From Squalus acanthias (lineage: Eukaryota), in NCBI GenBank assembly GCA_030390025.1, contig CM059438.1:70620001-70684000 (forward strand): 64,000 nucleotides of DNA, read 5' to 3'. Numbering within the stretch: position 1 is the stretch's first letter; each line of letters begins with the position of its first letter. Of the stretch, positions 10,966 to 22,844 are shown one piece after another. Under the pieces are notes generated by a model, which saw only the letters and a program-made list of their open reading frames with translations, ran no database searches and was not told the DNA's origin. Position numbers and translations under genes: made by a program.

Positions 10966-12094
10966 ATTGTGTTTGATAACGCTCCTGTGAAGCACCTTGG
11001 ACATTTTACTATGTTAAAGGTGTATATAAATGCAAGTTGTTGTAGTCATTTAAAAATGTTTAAATTCTAAATTTGAGTGGAATATTGGAAGTCTATACGT
11101 TCAGGTTATTCTGACGTGAGATCTAGCTATGAAATTCTGTAACCTTTTGTCTGTCTGAACCATTGCTTCTGACTTTTGTTTGTTGCACTTAATGTCATTC
11201 TTGTTTAAGAATAGGGGAAGAAATATCATCAGCCCATAAAAATAGTAAAAACAGGATGTAAATTCATAACTGAAAAATTCCTTCTTCTGCTGCCAAACTT
11301 GTGTTGGTTTGCAGTGGGTAGCGATTGAGACTTATGGTTGCTCTGAAAATTTATGTGATGTTCTGGAATAACAAAGAGGTTTTCTGCATTTGTACTAGAA
11401 GGGTGTTCTTCAGGAATTAAGGGACTAGCCATCTATCAGACTCAAATAAAACCTTTCTACTGGTAAATGCAATAGCAAACATGAGCTTTGTCTCCATTAC
11501 TGAACTTATTAAAACAAGGAAAGGATATGACTAACAGTGAATTAATGCTTTTGAGCTCCCTGAGGGAAACATATATTGTAGTGGATGGGCGGGAGAGAAT
11601 TTCAAAGTATTAACACCAAAATTATGGCTCATGATATATTATAAATTATGAAAGATGTCCTGACGTTAAATTACAGACAGTCAGAGAGGACTTTATTAAT
11701 TGAGCACTTTTTTAACAATGACATATTTGCATGAAAAGGTACTTGACAAATCCAAAGTGCTTGATTAAGGAATATGGCAAAGTTTAGTTCCAGCAATACT
11801 CAATCTTCTTCCCAATTTGACACAATGATGCAAATTAACTTTTCAAATCACAAATATGTTACTGGAGTTCACCACCACACGCCGCCCCCCACCCCCGCCA
11901 CCCCCAAAAAAAACAATCTTTGGGTCTGCAGGACACTTAGGTTCAAAGGTAATTAATTACATGATAGGTGTCGCAAAGTATCACAAAATACCATGATGTC
12001 CCAGGTAATTAAGTACATAATTGGTCTGCTGGTAATTAAATACATGATACGTTTAAGAATAACATGACATGACCGTGCTAAGTGAGGCAGAATA

Positions 12095-13425
12095 AGGACA
12101 AATCTAGCAGCCTAAACCAGGCAAACATGAAACGCTGTGAGCCATCAACAGTACAATCTGTAATCCCCGTGACCCAGCAGATCTCTTAGCCTTTCATCAT
12201 CATCAAGCCAGGATACCAACCCTGGCTCAGTGGAGAGTGTGCCAGGAGCAGAACCAGGCAAAGCTCAGAATGAGGCGCTAACCTAGGGAAGTTACAACAT
12301 AAGTCTACCTACAAGCTAAACACCAAAAGCTGCAGGCTGTAGACAGATCTAAGTGGTTCCACAACCAACAGATCAGAGCAAATCACTGCAGCCCTACCAC
12401 ATCCAGTCAAGATTGGTGGTGGGCAACCAGCCAACTAACGAGAGGAGCAGATGCCACGAATAACCCCATTTTCATCTGTGGTGGATCCCAGCAGGTCAGT
12501 GCAAGAGACAAGGCTGTAGTATTTGTCTTCAGCCAAAAATGCCAAGTGGACAATTCTACTCGCCCTCCTTCCATTGCCCCAACATCATAGATACCTGTGT
12601 CTGGCCAATTCCGTTTGCTCCAGGTGACATTAAGAAGCAGCTGGACACAGCAAAGGCCATTGGGTCTTGACAACAACCCAGCTGTAGTGCTGAAGACCTG
12701 AAAACTGCAACAAGCCAAGCTAATCCAGTGCAGCTGTAACACTAATATCTAACCGACAATATAGAAAATTGCCCAGATATAACCTGTCCAGGAAAACTGG
12801 ACAAATCCTAACCTAGCCAATTACCCCGACTCTATCAGTCTCCTCCCGATCATTACCAAAGTGATGGAAGAAGTCATGAAAGGTCCTATCCAGCAACACC
12901 AACTCACCAGTAATCTGCTCACTGATGCTTAGTTGGCTTCTGCTAGAACTACTTGGCTCCAAGAGCTTGTCATAACCATGATACAGGCATGGACACAAGA
13001 GCTGAATACCAAAGGAGAGGTGGGAGCAACTGCCCTTGACATAATGCAGGACACGACCAAGTATGGCATTATGGAACTCTAGCAATACTGAGGTCAATGG
13101 AGGTCATACAAATAACCCACTTGTGGCTGCCGTCATGCCTGATACAAAGGAAGATGGTCATGAATGTCAGAGACCAATCATTGCAGCCTCAAGACACCAC
13201 TGCAGGAGTTTCTCAGGGAAGTCTCCTTGGTGCAATCATCTTCAGCTGCTTCATCAATGAGTTTCCGTCCAGGATAAGCTCAAGAGTTTGGCTGTTCACT
13301 GACAATTCTACTGTGTTCAGCTCCATTCTGCAGATTCGAAACAACATCCAGCCATGAACTGACAAATGGTAACTAATATTTATGCCACACAAGTGCAAGG
13401 CGATGATCATGTCCACCAAGAGGCC
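12095..13425 (+). mobile_element. Old, degenerate copy of LINE family B (RT region)
   Basis: AGVSQGSLLGAIIFSCFINEFP...LFTDNSTVF; homologous to 26543-27370. Confidence 0.8.
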
Positions 13426-13426
13426 A

Positions 13427-14915
13427 AGTGTCAGCTTCACTCAGTGGTAGCACTCTCCTTCAGATGAGGAACATAGGAATAGCAGTAGGCCATTCAACCC
13501 CAGTAGGACCCCAGCTATTCACAATATATATATAAATGATCTAGACGAGGGAACTAGATGTAATATCTCCAAGTTTGCAGACGACACAGAGCTGGGTGGG
13601 CATGTGTGCTGTGAGGAGGATGCAGAGAAACTCCAGTATGATTTGAACAGGTTGGGTGATTGGGCATATGCATGGCAGATGCAGTATAATGTGGATAAAT
13701 GCGAGGTTATCCACTTCGGTGGCAAAAACAGGAAGTCAGATTATTATCTGAACGGCAATAGATTGGGAAAAGGGGAAGTGCAACGAGACCTGGGTGTCCT
13801 TGTGCACCAGTCGCTGAAGGTAAGCATGCAGGTGCAGCAGGTGGTTAAGAAGGCAAATGGTATGTTGGCCTTCATAGCGAGAGGATTCGAGTACAGGAGC
13901 AAGAATGTCTTGCTGCAGTTGTACAGGGCCTTGGTGAGACCACACCTTGAGTATTGTGTGCAGTTTTGGTCACCTTATCTGAGGAAGGATGTTCTTGCCA
14001 TGGAGAGAATGCAGCGATGATTCACCAGACTGATACCTGGGATGGCAGGAATGACGCATGAAGAGAGATTGGGTCGATTAGGCTTATATTCGCTGGAGTT
14101 TAGAAGAATGAGAGGGGATCTCATTGAAACTTATAAAATTCTAACAGGACTAGACAGACTAGATGCAGGAAGGATGTTCCCGATGGCGGGGGAGTCCAGA
14201 ACCAGGGCTCACAGTCTAAGGATAAGGGGTAAGCCATTTAGGACTGAGATGAGGAGGAATTTCTTCACCCAGAGAGTGGTGAACCTATGGAATTCTCTAC
14301 CACACAAGGCAGTTGAGGCTAATTCATTAAATATATTCAAGAAGGAGTTAGATATATTTCCTAAGGCTAAAGGGATCAAGGGATATGGGGAGAAAGCAGG
14401 GACAGGGTACTGAGTTTGGATGATCAGCCATGGTCTCTTTGGGTGGCGGAGCGGGCTCGAGGGGCCGAATGGCCTACTCCTGCTCCTATCTTCTATGTTT
14501 CTATGTTTCAACCCCTCGAGCCTGTTCTGCCATTCAATGAGATCATACCTGATCTGTATCCTAACTCCATCCATCCATCTTGGCTCCATATCCCTTAATA
14601 CCCTTGGCTAAAGGCGTTAAACTAAGATCCTGTTTGCCCTCTTAGATGGGCGTAAAAGATCGCATGCCACTATTTCGAAGAGCAGTGGTTGTCCTAGCCA
14701 ATATTTATCCCTCAACCAACAACATGAAAAAAACCCCAGATTATCTGGTCATTATCACATTGCTGTTTGTGAGACCTTGCTGTGGGCAAATTGACTGCCA
14801 CATTTCCTACATTACAACAGTGACTACATTTCAAAAGTACTGCATTGGCTGTAAAGCGTTTTGCGACGTCTTGAGGACTTGAAGAGCACAATTTAAATGC
14901 AAGTCTTTCTTTCTT
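13427..14915 (+). mobile_element. Deu-type SINE interrupted by a CR1 tail (-) that is itself split by a CR1 (+)
   Basis: SINE head at 13427-13468 and body at about 14612-14915; CR1 3'UTR reverse complement at 13469-13501 and 14507-14611. Confidence 0.75.
13502..14506 (+). mobile_element. CR1 LINE, 5'-truncated (RT C-terminus plus 3'UTR)
   Basis: ISKFADDT, RDLGVLV, LYRALVRPHLEYCVQFWSP; (TTCTATGT)n tail; 9-bp TSD TTCAACCCC (13493-13501 and 14507-14515). Confidence 0.93.
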
Positions 14916-14917
14916 AT

Positions 14918-15231
14918 GTCAGATGGTCATAGGTTCAAGTCCCACTCCAGGACTTCAGTACATAATCTAGGCAGACGGTTCAGGGCATACTGAGGGACTG
15001 TTGCAATATCGGAGATGCCGGCTTTTGGATCAACTGTTCAAGTGAATGTAAACGATTCCGTGGCACTGTTCAAAGAAGAGCGGGGGAATTTTACTGGCAG
15101 TTTGGCCAATACTTATCCCTCAACCAAAAAAGCTAAAATAGATAATTTGGTCATTTATTTCACTGTTGTTTATGGGGCCTTGCTGTGTGCAAATTGGCTG
15201 CTGTGCTTGTTTACAGAGCAACAGTGACTAC
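14918..15231 (+). mobile_element. Deu-type tRNA SINE whose 3' tail is displaced to about 20203-20235
   Basis: B-box GGTTCAAGTCC; body matches other copies; stops at an L2 (CAA)n tail. Confidence 0.75.
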
Positions 15232-15623
15232 AACAACAACAACTTGGATTTATATAGCGCCTTTAACGTCGTAAAACGTCCCAAGGTGCTTCACAGGAGT
15301 ATTAAAGACAAAAAATTTGACACCAAGCCACATAAGAAGAAATTAGGGCAGATGACCAAAAGTTTGGTCAAAGAGGTAGGTTTTAAGGAGCGTCTTAAAG
15401 GAGGAGAGAGAGGTAGCAAGGCGGAAAGGTTTATGGAGAGAATTCAGGAACTTAGGGCTGAAGCAGCTGAAGCCATGGTCCCAGTGGCTGAGCGATTATA
15501 ATCAGGGATGCTTAAGAGGGCAGAATTAGAGGAGCGCAGATATCTCGGGGGGTTGTGGGGCTGAAGGAGAGTACAGAGATAGGGAGAGGGCAAGGTCATG
15601 GAGGGATTTGAAAACAAGGATGA

Positions 15624-18600
15624 ACATAAGAACATAAGAAATAGGAGCAGGAGTAGGCTATTCGGCCCCTCAAGCCTGCTCCGCCATTCAATAAGATCAT
15701 GGCTGATCTGATCTTGGCCTCAACTCCATTTTTCTGCCTGTTCCCCATAACCCTTGACTCCCCTGTAGTTCAAAAATCTGTCGAACTCAGCCTTGAATAT
15801 ATTCAATGACTCAGCCTCCACAGCTCTATGGGGTAGAGAATTCCAAAGATTCACGACCCTCTGAGAGAAGAAATTCCTCCTCATCTCCATCTTAAATGGG
15901 TGACCCCTTATTCTGAAACTATGCCCCCTAGTTCTAGATTCCTCCATGAGGGGAAACATCCTCTCAGCATCCACCCTGTCAAGCCCCCTCAGAATCTTAT
16001 ATGTTTCCATAAGATCACCTCTCATTCTTCTAAACTCCAATGAGTATAGGCCCAACCTGCTCAACCTTTCCTCATAAGACAACTCCTTCATCCCAGGAAC
16101 CAACCTAGTGAACCTTCTCTGATCTGCCTCCAATGCAAGTATATCCCTCCTTAAATAAGGAGACCAAAACTTTATGCAGTACTCTAGGTGTGGTCTCACC
16201 AACGTCCTGTACAGTTGTAGCAAGACTTCCCTACTTTTATACTCCATCCCCCTTGCAATAAAGGCCAACATTCCATTTGCCTTTCTAATTACTTGCTGCA
16301 TCTGCATGCTAACTTTTTGTGTTTCATGTACGAGGACACCCAGATCCCTCTGTAACGCAGCATTCTGCAGTCTCTCTCCATTTAAATAATATTTTGCTTT
16401 TCTATTCTTCCTATCAAAGTGGATAACCTCACATTTTCCCACATTATACTCCATCTGCCAAATTTTTGCCCACTCACTTAACCTATCTATATCCCTTTGC
16501 AGACTCTTTGGGCTGGATTTTATCAATGGGGACGCGTTAGGGGCGGGACTACTGGTTGTCGAGTTTCAGTCCTGCCCCCAACGACATCTAGCCAACCCAC
16601 GCTATTTTCCCTTGATTGACCTTGTTAAGCCTGCCCTGAGGGCTTAGCCGGCCAATTAAGGGAAAACCGGTGACAGAGGACGTCAGCGTATGACGTTTCA
16701 GCTGTCAAACACTGACAATCTCTGTTCTAAGGTAAGTCCTTGTGCTGAAGATTCACCAAACCTCTTTCCTGAGCAGAAAGCAGATGGCTGTTGCATCGGA
16801 GAATCGCAGCAGCCATTCTGTCATCTCTGCCGTGGAGATGAGGAGCCTCCGGATCCCCAAGGGTTGAAGCCTGCAGGAAGAAGCAAAGGTAAGTAAACTT
16901 TTTCTAACACTTTTCACTCACCTCCCATACTTACCTCTCCACACTTGCACCCATCACTCATCTCCACAGTGCACTTTTCAACCCCTCTCACCCGCGCAGA
17001 CCCACTGCTCACCTCGCTGACCCTGGCAAGGTTCACAGCCATCGGGAAGTCCGCAATTGTGTGGTTAAAATGGGGATAAGCCTCTTAACTGCCTGTTAAC
17101 TACCTGTTAACAGGCAGTTAATTGGCTGTAATCCCCTTCCCGCCTTGAGGAGACGGGTCCCCACACGAGTTGGGGACCCGCCTCCCGGGATGATGGCACG
17201 GAGGCGGGTTGAGAGCGGGGTGGTACCATCTCCCAGTTTCTGCCATTTTCCCGGTAGTCCCGCCTCCATACCCGCCTCCGCAGGGCTGGCAAAATTCCCC
17301 CCTTTGTGTCCCCCTCACAACTTGCTTTCTTTGTATCGTCAGTAAATTTGGCTACAGTACACTCGGTCCCTTCATCCAAGTCAGTAATATAGATTGTAAA
17401 TAGTTGAGGCCCCAGCACTGATCCCTGTGACACCCCACTAGTTACAGTTTGCCAACCTGAAAATGACCCATTTATCCCGACTCTCTGTTTTTTGTTAGTT
17501 AGCCAATCCTCTATCCATGCTAATATATTACCCCCAACCCCGTGCAGCTCTTATCTTGTGCAGTAAACTTTTATGTGGCACCTTATCGAATGCTTTCTGG
17601 AAATCCAAATACACTACATCTACTGGTTCCCCTTAATCCATCCTGCTCGTTACATCCTCAAAGAACTCTAGTAAATTTGTCAAACACGATTTCCCTTTCA
17701 TAAAACCATGTTGACTCTGCTTGATTGTATTATGATTTTCTAAATGTCCTGCTACTACTTCCTTAATAATGGATTCCAGCATTTTCCCAATGAGAGATAT
17801 TCAGCTAACTGGCCTAAAGTTTCCTGCTTTCTGTCTCCCTCCTTTCTTGAATAGGGGCGTTACATTTGCGGTTTTCTAATCCGCTGGGACCTTTCCAGAA
17901 TCCAGGGAATTTTCGTAGATTACAACCAATGCATCCACTATCTCTGCAGTCACTTCTTTTAAGACCCTAGGATGCAGATCATCAGGTCCAGGGGACTTGT
18001 CAGCCTTTAGTCCCATTAGTTTGCCTAGTACTTTTTCTTTAGTGATAGTGATTGTTTAATGTTCCTCCCTCCCTTTTGGCCCTTGATTTTCCACTATTAT
18101 TGGGATGCTTTTTGTGTCTTCTACCATGAAGACAGATCCAAAATATATGTTCAAAGTTGCTGCTATTTCCTTGTTTCCCATTATTAATTCCCTAATCTCA
18201 TCCTCTAAGGGACAAACGTTGACTTTAGCTAATCTCTTCCTTTTTATATAATTGTAGAAGCTCTTACTGTATGTTTTTATATTTCTTGCTAGTTTACTCT
18301 CAATCTATTTTCTCCCTCTTTATTTTTTCTTAGTCATCCTTTGCAAGTTTCTAAAAATTTCCCAATCTTCTGGCCTACCACTAATCTTCACAACATTGTA
18401 TGCCTTTTCTTTCAATTTGATACCCTCCTTAACTTCCTTAGCTGGCCACGGATGGTTCATCCTTCTCGTAGCCTTTCTTTCTCACTGGAATATATCTTTG
18501 TTGAGAGTTATGAAATATCTCCTTAAAAGTCTGCTACTGCTTATCTACCGCCTTACCTTTTAATCTATTTTCCCAGTCCACTTTAGCTAACTCTGTCTTC

Positions 18601-19282
18601 ATACCTTTGTAATTGCCTTTATTTAAGTTTCAGACATTAGTTTCAGACCCAAGTTTCTCACCCTCAAACTGAATGTGAAATTCTATCATATTATGATCAC
18701 TCTTCCCTGGAGGATCCTTTACTATGAGATCATTAATTAATCCTGTCTCATTACACATTACCAGATCTAAAATAGCCTGTTCCCTGGCTGGTTCCACAAC
18801 ATATTGTTCTAAGAAACTGTCCTGAATACACTCTATGAACTCGTCCTCAAGGCTACCTTTGCCAATTTGATTTGTCCAATCTATATGAAGATTAAAATCG
18901 CCCACGATTATTACAGTACCTTTCTTACAAGCCCCATTATTTCTTGATTTATACTCTGTCCTACAGTGTAGCTACTGTTAGGGGGCCTATAGACTACTCC
19001 CACCAGTGACTTCTTTCCCTTATTATTTCTTATCTCTACCCAAATTTATTCTACATCTTGATCTTCCGAGCCAAGATCATTTCTCACTACTGTACTGATC
19101 TCATCCTTTATTAACAGAGCTACTCCACCTCCTTTTCCTTTCTGCCTATCCTTCCGAAATGTCAAATACCCCTGAATATTCAGTTCCCAGCCTTGGTCAC
19201 CTTGCAACCACGTCTCTGTAATGGCTATCAGATCATACCCATTTATTTCTATTTGTGCCGTCAATTCATCTATCTTGTTTTT
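15624..19282 (-). mobile_element. CR1 LINE, near-complete ORF2 (APE endonuclease plus RT), decayed
   Basis: DLIAITETWL, GGGVAL, GDFN and SDH (APE); QGSVLGP and KFTDDT (RT); 268-aa C-terminal ORF at 15720-16526; (AACATAAG)n tail. Confidence 0.95.
16510..17302. mobile_element. Harbinger-type MITE inserted in the CR1 RT
   Basis: Termini GGGCTGGATTTT and AAAATTCCCCCC; TSD TTT. Removal rejoins the CR1 frame (CEGDTKSLQRDIDRL). Confidence 0.88.
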
Positions 19283-20289
19283 GAATTTTGAAATCGAGGC
19301 ATTGCTTAACCAGGAGCCAATGGAGGTCAGCAAGCACATAGGTGATGGGTGAACGGGACTTGGTGCGAGTCAGGACATGGGCAGCCGAGTTTTGGATGAC
19401 CGCAAGTTTACGTAGGATAGAATGTGGGAGGCCAGCCAGGAGTGCATTGGAATAGTCAAGTCTAGTGGTAACAAAGGCATGGATGAGGGTTTTAGCATCA
19501 GATGAGCTGAGGCAAGGGCGGAGACGGGCAATGTTACGGAGGTGGAAATAGGCGGTCTTAGTTATGCCATGGATATGTGGTCGGAAGCTCATTTCAGAGT
19601 CAAATTTGACACCAAGGTTGCAAACAGTCTGGTTCAGCCTCAGGCAGATGTTAGGGAGAGGGATGGAGTCAGTGGCTAGGGAACGGAATTTGCAGCGGGG
19701 ACCAAAGACAATGGCTTCAGTCTTTCCAATATTTAATTGGAGAAAATTTCTGCTCATCTAGTACTGGATGTCGGACAAGCAGTCTGACAATTTAGAGACC
19801 GTGGAGTGGTCGAGAGAAGTGGTGCTGAGGTAGAGCTGGGTGTCGTCAGTGTACATGTGGAAACTGACGCTGTGCTTTTAGATGATGTCACCAATGGGCA
19901 GCATACATATGAGAAATAGGAGGGGGCCAAGGATAGATCCTTGGGGGATCCCAGAGGTAACGATGCGGGAGTGGGAAGCGAAGCCATTGCGGGTGATTTT
20001 CTGGCTACGATTAGATAGATAAGAATGGAACCAGGCGAGTGCAGTCCCACCTAGCTGGACGATGGTGGAGAGGCGTTGGAGGAGGATGGAGTGGTCAACC
20101 GTGTCAAAGGCTGCAGACAGGTCGAGAAGGACGAAGAGGGATAGTTTACCTTTGTCACAGTCACAAAGGATGTCATTTGTAACTTTGATGAGAGCCGTTT
20201 TGGAAAGGTGCTATATAAATGCAGGTTGTTTCTTTCTTTCACCTACCTCCCATGAGCATCAATTGCACCACCAATCACTGTCCACTAAA

Positions 20290-20425
20290 TCCCTCAACCA
20301 GCACTCCCTCAGTACTGCACAGGAGTGTCAACCTAGATTTTGTGCTCAAGTCTCTTGGAGTGGGACTTGAACCCACAACTTTCTGACTAAGAGGCGAGAG
20401 TGCTACCAACTGACCCATAGCTACT
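20290..20425 (-). mobile_element. Deu-type SINE tRNA head fragment
   Basis: Reverse complement contains GGTCAGTTGGTAGCACTCTCGCC and GGTTCAAGTCCCACTCC. Confidence 0.75.
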
Positions 20426-20573
20426 GGGCTACTGTATATCCTAGACAGGGGCATTGAAGGTCACAGTAGCAAAAGGACATTCCTATTTGTTGCACACATA
20501 CCCCCAAAAAAGAAACCCATCATTATTTTTAAGCCCAGTGCTTCGTCTACATGTAACACGGCAAAATAAATTA

Positions 20574-20937
20574 CAGGAAACTCTTTATTAACCGGCACCG
20601 ACGGGACCGGCGTGGTGCCGGTTTATCAAAAAGTCCGGATAACGGAGAGTTATATCTCCCAACGTACAAGAGCCCCGTACACATTGACATGCGCCTGCAT
20701 TCGGAGCTCCGTCTCCCCGGGGACTGCCAGCTGACCATCTGTCGTGTCCGCTGCCTACCCGGGCTGCACATTCCCCTCCCAATCTATATGCTCCGATACA
20801 AGGCAAACGCCTCGGGGTTTTTTTTAAAGTTAATTTTAAACGAGAGATGAAGGAAAACCCCGGTTACCTACTCAAGAATTTTGCCGGTTAAGAGAGATTT
20901 CCGGATATTTGGGTGCCGGTTAATAAAGAGTTTCCTG
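20574..20937. mobile_element. Tc1/mariner-superfamily (pogo/Tigger-like) MITE, 364 bp
   Basis: Perfect 26-bp TIR CAGGAAACTCTTTATTAACCGGCACC; TA on both sides; internal CCGG subterminal repeats. Confidence 0.9.
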
Positions 20938-21004
20938 TATATTCCTAAATTCTGCTCATCCTCTCCAAACATAATAATTTCTTTAACATGACTATTTCTT
21001 CTAA

Positions 21005-21270
21005 TGTGAGAAGTCGCACAACACCAGGTTATAGTCCAACAGCTTTATTTGAAATCACAAGCTTTCGGAGCGCTGCTCCTTCGTCAGGTGAAGTGAAGAG
21101 ATGCATATAGGCACAGCATATATAGTCAGAGAACACTGCCAGATGATTACAGTTAATCTTTCTAACTGCCCTTTATCACACCTCGGCAGAGAGATAATCA
21201 CGGCAATCAAAGGTGTGGATGGTGTCCAAACAGGTCAGTCAGGAAAACATTACATCAAAGACAATGAGGT
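21005..21270 (-). mobile_element. Penelope-like pLTR fragment (family B)
   Basis: 21007-21089 is nearly identical to 38736-38818; the right boundary is approximate. Confidence 0.75.
21055..21091 (-). ncRNA. Minimal type-I hammerhead ribozyme motif (family B)
   Basis: Minus strand reads TCAC-CTGACGA-A-GGAGC-AGC-GCTCC-GAAA-GCTT-GTGA; palindromic AAGCTT in the stem III region. Confidence 0.8.
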
Positions 21271-22076
21271 GGGGTCACAAGGGGTCAAATGTGGCAGTGG
21301 TTTGTATTTTAGGTCTCTGCTGTTGAATGTATCTCTCAGCTCCACACAGACGGGGACTCAGAACTTGTGGGCTTTGTGCTATACGCAGCCATCCAGGTTT
21401 TCGGACGGAAGTGCAGGCGACCAATCAAAATATTTGGCGCAACATCTTTAGGAGACACGACAGTCTCAGAAAATTCTGGCACACTTGATCTCTTTTTTCA
21501 GGTCCGTGTCTTAAATAATAATCTTGCCCACCTTTCCACAACATAATTCGGAGGGGGTGGAATCCCCCATGTTGCTTGACCTTCATCCAATGCTAGCCAT
21601 TTTCAATTACACTTCATGGTAGTGTAGTTATGGATAGTACTGAGTTATGGTACAACTCTTCCAATGCGAGCTTTTTTCTTCCGAGTTAACTTGCATCCTA
21701 GAGAGTACCAATGTTTTCTGGCGTGTTTATACATTTCTTTTTATATGTAGATTATTTAAAAACTAATTATGTAAAAATTCATAATTAAAGCATGTTGCTT
21801 ACCAAAGAATCAGCCTTCAATTAAAATCCTATTGAAGAAGCCAGTGGGGCAATTGATTTGTTATCATTCTGTTCGACACTGAAACTGGCATTTTCACTGC
21901 ATGCAGAATGATTTATGAGAAATGGCGCCCAATCCAGTCCTCACCCGACATCAACACATACAAGGGTGTTAATTTCTCTCGCAAAAGAAGATCGGGCAAA
22001 GTGCAAAACTGGCTGCCCATTCGCTATCTACCAATGTGCGCCTCCGCCCAAGGTGAATTTATACCCCATGCTTATC

Positions 22077-22844
22077 AGCCCCGAATTTGCGGTCAGCAGT
22101 GAAGCAAAGGCGTTCGCTCCTGGCCCCGAAGTACGCTTCGCACGAGGATCTCGCAATCCATGTGTCGTAAACTTCGGGTTTTCAATTCAAATCAACGGAA
22201 GTTAATGGGGATCCCCTTGTTCGAACTGCTGTGACGTCAAAAGCTGTCTAAGCAGCCAATCAAAAAGCAGAATTCTCACAGACAGCGAACAAGGAAGTGA
22301 GTAAGCTCTTAAAATTTTTACTGTTTAAAAATGTTAGAGAGAGCAAAACAAAGATTGGGGCTCTCGCATGGGGAAAAGGCAAAACTGAAATGAAGATGGT
22401 CAAATTTGAAAAGTTTCTTAAAAATTTTAATTTTTATTAAAATGGACAAATTTCTCACTGCACAAAATTAAAATTGGTTTTCTGGGCCCTTAACATTTGT
22501 TTAGCAGCAATCATGCTGTCAAAATACCAGTTACACCTAATCCCTTGGGGTCTAATTTTTAGTGGGAAATTTAACAGCGTATTTACTGCAGAAGAGCCAA
22601 AATTTTCGTAAGTTTCCCTGATTTGGCTGATTATACAGATTGCCGGATCTGTGGGTGGGGTTGGGGGGGATGGGTGGGGAAGGGGGTGCACAGTGCAGCC
22701 AGTTTTGGAACTGTCAACGACAGACTGCAACTTCAGGATTTCCGCATGCGTCTGCATCAAATCCCAAAGTTGCGGTCAGTTTCAAAGGCGGGATGACGGC
22801 GAACGCCGTCAGTTCGCCGTCATCCCGACCGCAAATTCCGGGCC
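22077..22844. mobile_element. Harbinger-type MITE
   Basis: 18-bp TIR AGCCCCGAATTTGCGGTC / GACCGCAAATTCCGGGCC (2 mismatches); flanks ATC and ATA. Confidence 0.8.

Larger units (their letters stand above)
8780..11043 (+). mobile_element. L2 LINE 3' fragment (8780-8852, 9872-10198, 10969-11043), split by an antisense L2 and a MITE
   Basis: FKILTLVFKSLHGLAPPYL...LWNSLP; 3' tail TATATAAATGCAAGTTGTTG. Confidence 0.85.
15232..20200 (-). mobile_element. L2 LINE (15232-15623 plus 19283-20200), split by a CR1
   Basis: Junctions AACAAGGATGA and GAATTTTGAAATCGAGG rejoin as in the unsplit L2 at 52465-52490; RT motifs LLDLSAAFDTV and FHMYTDDTQLY. Confidence 0.9.
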
